Origin: Macrostomum lignano
Taxonomy: Eukaryota
DNA: 64,000 nucleotides
NCBI GenBank assembly: GCA_002269645.1
Contig: NIVC01000275.1
Coordinates: 62,001-126,000, forward strand
Reading direction: 5' to 3'
Shown here: in pieces, positions 21,973-36,971 of the stretch
Layout of the letters: each line of letters starts with the position of its first letter
How positions within the stretch are numbered: the stretch's first letter is position 1
Translations under genes and position numbers: made by a program
Notes under the pieces: generated by a model
The model's database searches: none
The model's input: the letters and a program-made list of their open reading frames with translations, nothing else
Told to the model about the DNA's origin: nothing

Positions 21973-24023
21973 ATGTCTCAAAGTGCAGCACCGGACGGTG
22001 GCTGGGGCTGGATGGTGCTGCTGGCGGGTCACTGCATGCACATTCTGGCCGGCGGGCTCGACAGGGCGTCTGGAGTGTTCTACAGGGAGATCCTCAAAGA
22101 GCTGCAGCAGTCTTCTGCCTCCACTGCCGGCTTCAGCGCTTTGCTGTTCGCTTCCAGGTTCATGAGCGGTGAGTGCATGGTTCAAGTTGCGTTTCAGATT
22201 AGATTAGATCAGATTAGAGATTTTAAGAGACTTCAGCGAAGACTGATCTAGAGCTTGTATTGTATTTGTCTGGCACACAACGTGAGTTATTCAGTTTCTG
22301 AGTCCTCCAGCAGCAAAAATGTTTACACCGATAACTTTCAGGCCCCATTACCGGCGTTCTCTGCAAGTATTTTGGCTGCCGCAGGGTCATGATGGCTGGA
22401 GGCCTCATATCCTTCGTCGGCATGCTGCTGAGCTCGTTCTGCCGCAGTCTGTCGCTCATCTACCTGACCCTCGGCTGCATGACGGGAGTCGGCAACGGCC
22501 TCGCCTACACTTCTGGCCTCTTGGCTGTCAACGACTACTTCAGCCGACGCAAGGCCACCGCCCTCGGCTTGGCGACCGCGGGCACCGGAGTGGGCAGCTT
22601 CGTGCTGCCTCTGCTCACCCAGTACCTCATCCAGGTGTACTCATTCCGCGGCTGTATGCTCATTCTGAGCGGCCTGTCGCTCAATCTGGTGGTGTGTGGC
22701 GCTCTGCTTTACCCGCTGCCCGCTGAGAAGAACTTAGCAAATGGAGCACTCGAGGCCGAGGCTGCAGACGCGACTTCTGAGGCACTCATCGATACAGCAG
22801 GTCAGAGTGAAACCGCTGAAAACAAAAACTCCAAGGATTCCACCGGCGAGAAAGTCCTGGGCCAATCCATGACAACGATCAAGTCAAGGACGTCCCTGGA
22901 GCGAAGCGGTCGAGGCTTCTGCATGGAGCTGTGGGCCAACTTCGATCTGAAGCTGTTCCTCAATCCGTACTTCTGCTTGCTGGCCGCCGCCACTCTGTTC
23001 ATCTCGTCGGGCTTCAAGTCCGTGGCGGTGATCCTGCCGCACCATGCGCAGCTTCGCGGTCTGGACGACATGACATCTGTTCTGCTCATATCCATATCCG
23101 GTAGGTTCGCATCAAGTATTTATTTAACTATGCATACTTCGTTTTGAAGACGGGTTTCGCCAAAACACACTACGGAAATAGGAGAGTTCAAATTAACTGC
23201 ACTAGACGCGCAGTTCTGCACTGACAAGCTGTAAAATGCGCGATGTATGATCTATGTCCGACTTGCCTTCGATATTATGCTCGTATTATAGATTCGGTCA
23301 ACATTCGATGCTCGTCCAAATGTATTGGTGTACTTGATGTAAATGTACTTAATTCCTATAACCCAAAGGCGATCGAAGGTTCGTAAGTCCATGCGGGACT
23401 TATGGTATAATAAGCGGGATTCTTTCTGCAGTAGGACGTTGCGGTGAAAATTTACTGTTTTGGGTGCCGTTTTTTAGTGCAGAAATGACTTGATTTCTTT
23501 TTACCATCATAAAATTATGCACATTTTCTGCCTAGGCGCCTGCGACACTGTGTCCAGATTCTCAGTGGGGCTGTTCTTCGACATCCCCCACCTGGTGCCG
23601 CACCGAAGGCGCATCTGGACACTCGGCATGCTGCTCACCGCCTCCAGCATCACAGCCTTCGTTTTCATGCAAAATTTAATACCGTTCATCCTGATCTCGG
23701 GAGCGTTCGGCCTGACCTCCGGGCTGTTCATGAGCCAGTTGTACTGCATGCTGATTGACCTGATCGGCAGGGAGCGGTCCCGCTCCGGCATCGGCCTGCT
23801 GATCCTCTGCTTCGGCTTCGGCGTGGCCGTCGGACCGCCGACAGCGGGCGCGCTGAAGGACGTCACGGACACTTACCAGCTGTCATTCTGCGTGCTCGGC
23901 GCGTCCACCTTCGTCGGCTTCGTCTGTCTGTGCGCGCTGGACGTCGCGCTGATGACGCAGCGACGACAGCGACGGCGGCTGAACTTGAACCCTACCCTGG
24001 ATATTTCCGTAGATCAAAAGTGA
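21973..24023 (+). CDS. SLC16/monocarboxylate transporter family MFS protein, paralog B; exons 21973-22168, 22342-23100, 23536-24023
   Basis: APDGGWGWMV motif and the same three-exon phase-1 structure as paralog A with canonical GT/AG sites. Confidence 0.9.
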
Positions 24024-25263
24024 CAAACCTTTCATTGCCACTTTTTCTTATTGATAGTAGCCCGATCAATACTAAGTGTCCAAGGCACAGATTCTAGTTT
24101 CACGGATTGCTAAATGCAATTTGGGAAACTACTGGGGCAAAACTGTTCTATGGTGCATTAAAATGCCCAATGTCTGGGAAAATACTGGGCAGATCAGTCG
24201 AGATTCGAGCCAAGAGGTTTGGATGACAGTTTGACCTTTTGCCCGTTTCTGTGCCAAAAATTCAATTACCCATCTTGGTGTTTAGTACTGATCGGTAATA
24301 GGATGCTCGCTAAGAAACAAACATTTTTCCCGTGCCGCATTCCAGTGCCGCATCCACCCATCATCAGTCATTAACTGATGCTAGTAACCGTTCAGAATAC
24401 AACAAAACTAATAGGTGCTAAAACGAAGTAACTCGTAGAAGATATATTTTACTCGTAAATCTGAAAACAATAGCCAATCTTATTGTCAAAATTTATTCTA
24501 GACCTGCCTCGGTCGTGTGTTGAAGTTGACCATGATCGGCGCTACTGTCTTTTTACACACTCATTTTAGTGTAGTGGACTAGCAACCTTGACACCCCGTT
24601 GGGCAGTCAACAAAGAAAGGGAAAAATTGATAAACTCTATATAGCTTTTGACCTTGTACAGTCACTATTGCTAGTTTCTTAGGAAAAATGATGTTTAAAT
24701 CAAAAAATTATCAGCCGTAAAAGTCAGTTGTCTAGCATGAGATATCAGCATCTTCTTCGAGTTTCGGCATCAAAGCCTCCTTTTAAGCTATGGCTTGACC
24801 CTAACTCTCCCGTTGATGCTTACCCTACCAACAACTCCCAATTGACCCTTTTGGCATCCCCTCGATTTCAAAACTTAACGATTGTGATGATGTGAAAATT
24901 TTCGAGTTTATTGGATTTCACGCTTGTGAACCCTCGTGCTGCGCGTCTAGCCATTTTGACAGGAAAATTCCGTTTTCTTTCACTTAATTGACCGAATTTA
25001 AAGACTAATTGCAAGCATAAAGGCTCAATCTAGCTTAATTTAGGTCTGATTCTAGTTCTACCAGTTCGACTTTGTAGCGGAAAAATAAGTTTAATTCGGT
25101 GGCTCATTCCACGCATGTAGAGAAGACTTTATAACTTTTTAATGAGGAAGGACTGGGTAGATTCGGGCGTAGACAGCCTGCGAAATTTGTTTAATCAGTG
25201 CTGCAATTCACAATCACGTGGAACTTTTACCATAGGCGCCAAATAAGCGAGTCTAAGGGGTAG

Positions 25264-25400
25264 AGAGTGGGCTGGGCCGTAGCCCAGTGGTCTGGCGCGG
25301 TGCTCTTACGTGCCAGCGGCCCAGGCTCGATTCCAAATGCAGCCGCTGTACACTCCTGTGTGAGTGTGTGCCTGCGTACGTATCCGCGCGCTTGTGTGCC
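25264..25400 (+). mobile_element. tRNA-derived SINE-like element (related fragment at ~27665-27710)
   Basis: A-box-like TAGCCCAGTGG and B-box-like GGCTCGATTCC, followed by CCGCTGTACA..GTGTGTGCCTGCGTACG, which recurs in the BTBD19 intron. Confidence 0.55.
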
Positions 25401-26446
25401 TGCTCAGGGGAGTCGGCGGAATGGGCAGCAATGCCTCTCGCTGGTTGTGTGACAATGTCGCTTAAAGTGCGCCAGGGTGCACACAGCCCCCAGCCCATAA
25501 TAAAAAGGAGTAGAGAGTTTGCTTTTAATAATCACGATCAGTGCTGACTAATTTGTAATAATTAGTCATTTCTGATTTATTTTGGACTTTTTATTAAATA
25601 TTTATTACGTAATTCAATTCCCGTTTGGCTGAGAAAACAAACAAGTCAAATCTATATTCAAGTGGTCTCATATTTGGAGCTATAAAGGTCAAATGAATTC
25701 AGCATTTCCAAAGAAGATTCCTATCTAAAAAGTACAAAATCCCCAAAAAATAGTAGCTAAACATCATTTTCCTTTGGAGTCTAAAAATAGTGACTGTAGA
25801 TTGAAAGTCTTAACCTATGTGTAGCTTATTCAAATGCGTTTAGATCCCTTTCTTAGCTGCCTCCCTAACTCCCGATTGGGGTCTCAATTTCCAATTCTGA
25901 GTGTCGAAGTAACGGTAGACGATACTACTGAATCAAAAGTAGCTTAATAGCATACGAGCTTTTGGTATTAAAATAAAAATACACTTTCATTTAAATTTTC
26001 TCGTCTATACATTCATACACTTTCATGTCCATAGTGGAGACGCAGATACTTTAAGTAGCAAGTAAGGCATTTTTCGAAATTTTTTATGTTACACAACTTA
26101 ACAACTCTGAAAAGATGGAGAACTTCGACAGCTTTGTTTTTCTACTGTCTTTGTCTCTTAAAAATCTTAAAAATTTAGAAAGACCCAAGCATTTTGCCGC
26201 TTACTTTGGGGTACCTCAATATTTGACGAACTCAACCTACTGAGTTTTGGTTTCTGCCTGTCAATGTCTTGGACTGGGAGATTGGGAAGCTCCCCGAGAG
26301 AGACGGGATGAAGGCCTCTCCATGTGTTGTACCTTCCTCGGCCTTTTGAATAATTAATTGATTTGTACGAGGGGTGGGCGCGTCCGGCTGAAGGGGATTA
26401 AATAAAGCTCTAGTGGGGCCGCTTAGCGGGGAGGCGGAAGCTGGAG

Positions 26447-28763
<2,317 letters not shown>

Positions 28764-29851
28764 GCAGATATATTATGTTAGATGACCCCGATTTTTTAAT
28801 TGTAGCCCATATTTAAAATTTACGTTTTTCGTAAACGATGAAATGAAAATTTTACATTATGGTTAAAAAATTAACGGCAGTATTTACGGTAATCAATTTT
28901 AACAAAAGATTTTTGATAGGACTAGCGAAAAATTTTTTATAAAAGCGTCATTTTTAATCGTGTCTTTAATCGTGTCTAAGCGTTAATCGTGTTTGTTAAG
29001 GTTCAAAATTAAAAATTTATCGCCATTGTTAATATCGTCAGAGTAGAAAAAAAGCAAAATAACTATAGTCAAATTATTTTGAAAATTTTCCATGTGGTAC
29101 TTTTTTAATTTTTATGATTACCCCATTGATGCAATCAAGATAAGTGAATTCTTACATTTACTTTATCTTACAACAAATTCACAACCTAATAAGTGAGTCT
29201 TGAAAAAGTTTATTTAAAGATAAAACTATTTTTATATTCGCGCGTTTCATTATACGTATAAAAGTAAAATATTTTAAATCAAGAATAATTAATTATTTAA
29301 TCGTTAGACTATTTATTCGGATGCGGCTGGATGCCAAAATATTTCACTTCAAATATAACTAAGATTTTTTTCTGTCTCCAGGTGAGATACATTATAAATT
29401 ATCAAATTATTTACTTCTAGGAGAGAAAAACATTTTTTTTTACTTTTTTAATGTCCTTTTCGATCCGGACTTCAATCCAGAATACCTTTTGTGAGTTGGT
29501 TAAAACGTGAAAATAAATCAGTTAAAATCAATTGAAACGCTATATAGTGACCGTGCATTATTAATGATAATTTTATCTACTCAGAAAAACACAGAGGCCT
29601 AAATATTTAACAACACAAGTAAAGCGCTTCTGTACAGTAGGAAGTTGGATCAATTTTCTTACTTTGTTTAAATGAGGTAATAAAAATAACTAGAAATAGC
29701 AAAGAAACTGGTTATACTACTTACTATAGTGGTTATAAGAAAATGAATATGTAGTGAAGAACAAAACTCTTTTTGGCAAAGTCCAACAACCCTAAAAGAA
29801 AATAAGTAGAAAAATGGCTAAATTCACCATTGGCTCAACAAAATGTTGCTC

Positions 29852-30016
29852 GGGTCGCCATCACAAGCTCGAAAAATCACATCGTCGAACACTGATTTAT
29901 AGCAACCACCATCACAAGCTCGAAAGGGTAGGGTTAGGCTTGTGCCTTTTCGAACTTTGATGATGGTTGCTAAATCAGTTTTCGACGATGTGATCTTTCG
30001 AGCCTGTGATGGGCCC
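29852..30016. mobile_element. Short fold-back element (MITE-like)
   Basis: ~75-bp imperfect inverted arms CCATCACAAGCTCGAAAAATCACATCGTCGAA..AGCAACCACCATCA and TGATGATGGTTGCT..TTCGACGATGTGATCTTTCGAGCCTGTGATGG around a TAGGGTTAGG centre. Confidence 0.7.
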
Positions 30017-30244
30017 CAACAAAATTAGTGGGGGGACTTTTCAAGTACAGAGTCAAAATAAATGATCACAGCTTGTTATAGAATTTTTAAATAGAATAGT
30101 AAAAGAGGCCGCACAAAACCAAGCGACGAATGAAGCTCACCTGAAGATTCATAACAGCTCTTCGGATTTCCCATCTACCCAGGATTTCTCGCCTGATCCG
30201 CGAATTTTCTGAACAAACAAAAAAAATCAGCACTTAAAGCTACA

Positions 30245-33200
30245 CTATACTACGTAGTCAGTAGTCCCGTGCAGCCGCCGCACCGCAGCCTCGGCAAAGC
30301 AGGCGGCGGCCAGGGCGGCAAACGGCTGCCAGTGCAGGCCCTGCTCTCCTGTGTGCGAGTCCGCGCAGCCCCGGATCAGCAGGAAGGAGTCGCAGCGGCT
30401 GCCTAACGCCGACTCCAGCACTTCGTCGAATCCGGCGTCCGCTCCGATCACCTTCGAGGTTGTGTTCGAGGCCAGCCGGTCGGCGGCGCCGGACAGCGCA
30501 CCGCAGGACACGGCGCCGAAAGCGACATTCGGCGCAGCGACGGTGGTCCTCGGCGGCCGAGCGAACGCTGGCGCCTCCGCGGCCAGTGACTCCAAGATGG
30601 ACGTCCAGTTGATGGCCTCCTCTGCTTTGTCCTCGACGGGTTCAGCGGCTGCTCGCGCGGCGGTCAGGAGGCGCCGATCCACAGACCGCCAGCTGCGCCC
30701 TCTGGCGACGTCCAAGTAGTCTCCACCGACGTCGCCAGCGTCCCCATCGCCGATAAAGACGTCGCCGAGTCGGCAGGCGCCGGACGGGGAACCGCCGACG
30801 CCGACCAACAGGAGATGCTCGACGTCCTGGAAGACGCCCAGCAGGCGGGTGACGACGTTTCCACAGGCGACCCGAGCCTGGAGGCCGTCGGGCGAGCCAA
30901 CAACCGCCGGCAGCTTGGTGCTGACCACACGACGCCTCCCAATGCGGCCCAGGGTGTACACGTGCGAGTCCCGGCCGCCGCCGCGGGTCTCGTACTGTAC
31001 GAAGGACTCCTTGTCCAGCGTCACCGCGTCCAGCGCCCGTTTCTCGCACATCAGCCTGGTTACCATGGCAACGGTTGGTCGGGCCCGCCGCAGCAGCTGC
31101 AGGTCGGCGAAGTTGGCCCGGTTGAAGCTGACAACACGGCCCATGCCCCAGCGGTCCGCGCCGCTCTCTGACTGCGACGGCTGTTGCAGCTTCTTGTTGC
31201 CGATTTTGCTGCTTCTAGAAATTTCGCTACCTTCCGGCTGCTCCTCCTGCAGCAGGTAGGCTGTGCCGCCGGGCACCGGCCGCATGAACAGCCGGCGCTG
31301 CCCACCAGCTCGTCCAGCGCCGATTCTGTGGCGCCCCGATCCGAGCTTGAGTCGGCCGACTCGATGGCTCTGTCGGTTGGAGCAATCGTTGTTGCTTTTG
31401 TTTGCTCAATAGCTTTTCTTCATGATTCTGGTTCACGTGATTCAGGATCACACTGACTGTCGGTTAAGCAATCCGGGATCACTAACTTCCGGTTCACTTG
31501 ATCTGGTACTATTAACTTCCAATTCACTTTATGTGGGATCACTGAGTTTCGGTTTAGCAGAACCAGGATCACTAAATTCTGGTTTAGCAGAACCGAGATC
31601 ATTAACTTCCGGTTTAGCAGATCCGGGATCACTAACTTCCGGTTTAGCAGAACCGAGATCATTAACTTCTGGTTTAGCAGAACCGGGATCACTAACTTCC
31701 GGTTTAGCAGAACAGGGAGCAGATCCGGGATCACTAACATCCGGTTTAGCAGATCCGGGATCACTAACTTCCGGTTTAGCAGATCTGGGCACAGAATATA
31801 TTCTGTGGATCTGGGATCACTGACTTCCGGTTCAGCAGATCCGGGATCGTTGACTTCTGTTTTACTTGATCCGGGATTATTGACTTCCGGTTTCCGATGA
31901 TTCGTCCTCATAAAAATTTTGGTTTTCAAGTTTCCAGGCCATATGCTTCTGGTACATAAACTTAGTGAGAGCCTCCAGTTTTGTCAATAACAGGAAGAGA
32001 AAAAATGCCCCCACACGTTTTTTTAGGCTGATACAGCTGCGAATCTCACCCGACAAGTTCGTTCCGATTGAGCACATTCGGGAACGCCGCCTCCACTAGG
32101 CTGACCAACTGGTCCTGAAGGCGCTTCGCTTCTGAAATTTAAATGATGAATTCTAACAAATTGCTAGTGGGACAAAAATGGGCTATTAAACCCTGAATTT
32201 GGAATGGGGAATTCGGAATCTGTCGAAGTCTCACCGAGCTCCCGATTTCTCTGTTCGAGTTCGGCCGCCCGATTCGCCCGCTGCTCGGCCAGCGCCTCGG
32301 CCGTCCGTCGCTCCCACTGTTCGGCATCCCACGTCAGCGGCTCAAGTCCGTCGATGGCCGCTCGGCGCCAATTCTCGCGCTGCCAACGGCGCCGCGACTC
32401 GCTGCGCGCCAGTTCCAAGCTCGCCCGACGCGCCGCCGCGCCTTCGCCCTCCACGACAGCTTCGGCGCCGGCTTCGGGCAGCAGCTCGAAGGCCAGCAGC
32501 GGCACCTCCCGGTCGGTGTCGCCAGCGGTTCGTGTCACCACCTTCAGACTCCGTCGCCTGCTGGCCGAGTTGCCGGCCTCCTGATCCAGTCGCAGGCTGC
32601 TAAGACCGGCCGGATCCGCCGCTTCGAACGGCAGTCGCCATGCCGGCCCGCCCCTGTCCTCCACGACTAGCGCCAGGAGGCTCCGACGCTCTGACGACGG
32701 CTCCAGCGACGCCAGACGGATGACGGTGGGCCGCTCCGAGCTCGACACTCGACGATTCAGCGGCTCAAGCAGCTGGAAGTCGCTGGCCGCGGCCGCATCG
32801 AGGACTTGCGGGAAGGCGGCCGGCGGGACCAACGCGGTGCACAGTGAGCGCAGCAGGAGCAGGCACAGCGGCTGTTCCACCTCCGTCTCCGTCGGCGCCG
32901 CCACATCCGCGCTGGCGTCGACTTCTTCGCGTCGTGGCAGAACCCGGATGTCGAGCAGGTAGTTGCCCGGCTGGGGAAGCGGATGTGCACCTGGAGAGGC
33001 AGGCGGAGACAAGTCATTGTAGTTGGCAGGGGGATCTTGCAAAGCGAGTCTTATGAAATCGTGTACTTGATTTGCCGAACCTGAAATCCTTCGGGCGCGC
33101 CGTTGACCATGACAAAGCTGCTCAGCGGCTCTGCCAGCAGGTCGCCAGGCCGCAGTCGCTGTAGGATCGCCCGAGCCACGTAGCGGCCCTGCGTTCTGAA

Positions 33201-36200
33201 CAGCAGCGTCAGCTCGGCCTCGTGTCGCAGGCTCAGGCACGGCTCCCCCCCGCCTCCGGGCAGCGTCGGCGACTTCAGCTGGATTTCGTCGGTCAGGCGT
33301 CTCCTTCCGAGCCGTCGCTGCTGCTGGTTGTCGACGTTGGCGGGCCAGCCGAGCAGCGAGTCGCAGCCGGGCAGGCCGAGGTGAGCACCGGAGGCGGCCG
33401 TGTCGGCGACCAGCAGCAGCTCGCAGAGCGGTCGCAGCCTGGCGGCGTCGCGCCAGATGGTCACGGCGAACCAGCCGCTGCGAGGGGCTAGAAATCGAAA
33501 GCGGCGGTCTCGGCCAGCGCGCTCCGACCACTGTAGAACATGCCGCTTGAGGCCGTCGCCGGTGTCGGTCGGACTGTCGACGTCGCCGCCGAATGTGACG
33601 CAGCAGGGTAGGGGAGCGTCGGGATTGTCTCCTATGTAGTTCAAGTAAGAGCATGGCGGATGAGTCATAAAGTGTTTCTCTAGAATCGATGAGTCATAGA
33701 AATTTAAACTTTATAGCTGATAAGTCTCATCTGTAGAATGTACACTCTAGAACTGATGAGTCATAGAATGTACACTCTAGAACTGATGAGTCATAGAATG
33801 TACAATCTAGAACTGGTGAGTCACAAGTCGCACCCAGCGGATTCGTAGAGGTCAATAGCCAAGCTGCCTCGCCATCCTCAGCCTCCAGGGTCGCCGCTTC
33901 CGCCTCTTCCGGTTGACAGCCCATCAGCTGAACTCCCTCGAGCTCGGCCTCCTCCGTCAGGCCAAACTCGGCCAGCTGGCCGGCCGGAAAATTGGCCGGC
34001 TCCGGTGCCGCGGCCGGGCAGTGAACCACGTAGGCTGCGAAGTGCTCAGTGAGCCAGTCCGGTCCGCGTTGAACTCCAACTCGAAGCTCGAAGCGGCCGG
34101 CTAGGGGGGCGAGGAATTTCAGACAGACGCGACCGCTGGCCAGTCGGATCGGCTTGCTGACTGCGGCGCCGGCTACCGGAGTGCTGCCGGAGTTTCTGCT
34201 GCCCACCTGCTCGGCCTTGGTGCGTGAGTGAATTCATGAGTGAGTTCATGAGTGAGTTCATGAGTGAGAGAGTAAGTAAGTGAGTGAGTTCATGAGTGAG
34301 TTCATGAGTGAGTTCATGAGTGAGAGAGTAAGTAATTGAGTGAGTTCATGAGTGAGTTCATGAGTGAGTTCATGAGTGAGTTCATGAGTGAGAGAGTAAG
34401 TAAGTGAGTGAGTTCATGAGTGAGTTCATGAGTGAGTTCATGAGTGAGAGAGTAAGTAAGTGAGTGAGTTCATGAGTGAGTTCATGAGTTAGAGAGTAAG
34501 TAAGTGAGTGAGTTCATGAGTGAGTTCATGAGTGAGTTCATGAGTGAGTTCATGAGTGAGAGAGTAAGTAAGTGAGTGAGTTCATGAGTGAGTTCATGAG
34601 TGAGTTCATGAGTGAGTTCATGAGTGAGAGAGTAAGTAAGTGAGTGAGTTCATGAGTGAGTTCATGAGTGAACTCATGAGGGAGTTCATGAGTGAGTTCA
34701 TGAGTTCATGAGTTCATGAATGAGTGAGTGAGTGGGTGAGTGAGTGAGTGAGTGAGTGAGTGAGTGAGTGAGTGAGTGAGTGAGTGAGTGAGTGAGTGAG
34801 TGAGTGAGTGAGTGAGTGAGTGAGTGAGTGAGTGAGTGAGTGAGTGAGTGAGTGAGTGAGTGAGTGAGTGAGTGAGTGAGTGAGTGAGTGAGCAGGTACC
34901 TGCACAATGTACCGATACCGCCCCGCGACGGTCTCCTGCAGCAGCAGGTCGGCCACTCCTCCCTGGCAGGGGATGACGCACAGCGGGCAGTTGACCGGCC
35001 GCAGTCCGCAGACCCCCATGGCGGCCCGGTTGCCATCGAAGTAGGCCGGCAGCCGGTGAAACTCGTCGAGGCTGAGCGGCCGGGCTAGTAGCTGCCAGTC
35101 AGGTCCGGCGCCCTCCGGCAGCAGCGGATGGTGCGAGAAGGCCAGCCGGGCCGGGTCAGTCAGGAAGAAGAAGTCGTTCCGCTGAGGCACCGCCGCGGCG
35201 GCCACGGCAGCCTCGGAGGCCTCAGCGTCGGCCGCCAGCGGGAGGCCCGCCGAGCCCCAGATGGCATCGACGTGGCGCCACTCGCCGTCGACGAAGCAGG
35301 CAAACCAGGCGCCGCCGACGTGCGACCGATGGCCGGTGGCATAGTTGGCGCCCTTCTTGAGGCCCTCCAGGCGCTGGCAGAGAACTCCGCTGAGGCTGAG
35401 TAGGAATGTGATGAAGAATTGAAAACTCTTCTGAGAACAAATCATTTTAGCGCAACAGCAACTACAGTGAATGATTTTGGCGCCACAACAACTACAGTAA
35501 ATGATTTCGGCGCCACAACAACTACAGTAAACGATTTTGGCGCCACAACAACTTCAGTAAATGATTTTGGCGCCATAACAACTACAGTAAATGATTTCGG
35601 CGCCACAACAACTACAGTAAACGATTTTGGCGCCACAACAACTTCAGTAAATGATTTTGGCGCCAAAAAAACTACAGTAAATGATTTCGGCGCCACAACA
35701 ACTACAGTAAACGATTTTGGCGCCACAACAACTTCAGTAAATGATTTTGGCGCCATAACAACTACAGTAAATGATTTCGGCGCCACAACAACTACAGTAA
35801 ACGATTTTGGCGCCACAACAACTACAGTTTGGCGCCACAACAACTACAGTTTGGCGCCACAACAACTACAGTTTGGCGCCACAAAAACTAGAGCTTGGCG
35901 CCACAACAACTACAGCAAATGATGATTTCGGCGCCACAACAACTACAGTAAATGATGATTTCGGCGCCACAACAACTTCAGTAAGGGATTTTGGCGCCAC
36001 AACAGCACAGACGCTCCTCACCTCATGACCGCCTCGAACACCTCGGACTGCCAGTCTGGCCGGCCGGCCGCCCGATCGGCCAGGCAGGGCAGCCGGTGCA
36101 GCTCTCGGGGCCGCTCGGCCAGACGGCAGACGAGTCCGAAAGCGGCCACTGTCCGGTCCAGATCTTCCGGACAATCCGCAAAGAGGCGACGGCAGAGGCC

Positions 36201-36521
36201 GGCCAAATCCGAACCGGATTGAAGGTCGAGAGTTCGAATCCTGGCCAGGCCGGCCTCGTACCTGGCCGGCTCCAGCAGTTCGGACTTCAGCCGGCTGGGC
36301 GGGAACGGCTGCGGCTTCTGCTGGGCGGAGGTTGGCGACGTCAGAGGCGGCTGGCCGCGGCTTCGCTGAAGCTGCTGCAGCCTGTCCGGCGTTGGAATTC
36401 CGCAGTCGGCCAGCGCGCCGGCCAGCTCTGAAGGCGAGGTCGGTAGGACGAACTCCTCCAGCGGGATTTCGTCCGGAGCGTAGCGGTAGTCGCTGTAGTA
36501 GCTGTTCTGCGGCAGCATCTT
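30245..36521 (-). CDS. KY/hillarin-type transglutaminase-like protein apparently fused to a winged-helix and a PNP/UDP nucleoside-phosphorylase-like domain; exons ~36521-36022, 35395-34900, 34215-33834, 33631-33081, ~32990-32235, 32131-32050, ~31369-30245
   Basis: KPQPFPP, AWFACFVDGEWRHVDAIWGS and FFLTDPARLAFSHHP are KY-like motifs, and (F)PQPGNYLLDI is a KY beta repeat. LVSLVEAAFPNVL..ESALDELV is WH-like. YTLGRIGRRRVVSTKLP, LLVGVGG, RLGDV and LIRGCAD are PNP-like. Splice phases are mutually consistent. The 5' end is uncertain and may include ORF 37578-37769. Confidence 0.72.
31480..31885. repeat. 30-bp minisatellite (GGATCACTAACTTCCGGTTTAGCAGATCCG), intronic
   Basis: Read directly. Confidence 0.93.
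33695..33815. repeat. 30-bp repeat (ATGAGTCATAGAATGTACACTCTAGAACTG) x ~4, intronic
   Basis: Read directly. Confidence 0.85.
34225..34890. repeat. Compound (GTGA)n-derived satellite with GAGTTCATGAGT and GAGAGTAAGTAAGT variants, intronic
   Basis: Read directly. Confidence 0.95.
35455..36003. repeat. 30-bp minisatellite (ATGATTTTGGCGCCACAACAACTACAGTAA), intronic
   Basis: Read directly. Confidence 0.95.
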
Positions 36522-36971
36522 CTGTTCTGGTATTCGGCATAAAACTCACCCGAGCTGAGCAACTGTAGGAGCTCTGCTTAAACTGAACTGCAGGCTTTTT
36601 CACCTGCCTACTCGCCGTAAGATAGCGCAGGCCGGCTGTAAAATTGACTCGCAGATAAGGCCAGAGCCAGGTGTACAGTGCAGTGTACAGATTTAAACTA
36701 CAAGAACTTGTGCGCATACTTTAGCTACTTTAAGTAGCAAGCGCAGAAAAGAGACAATGAAAAATCCAACACTTGGAAAACTACTAAAAATGACGGCAGT
36801 AAAACTTTATTTATATACAGCAGTTAAATTTATCTCATGGAAAATGTGATAAAGAATGATTGTTTGATTGGAAACTGTACATGAATTTTATATGCCTGCA
36901 GTAAAGAAAGTCATTTGGTGCCGTCAAAATTTTAGGCGCCATACATGTAAATTCTGTAGGCGTCTCCATAT

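Noticed and set aside
31059-31072. Perfect X-box GTTACCATGGCAAC as a regulatory site
   Set aside because: It lies inside a coding exon (VAMVT) far from any evident start site, so it may be coincidental; it is mentioned only as context.
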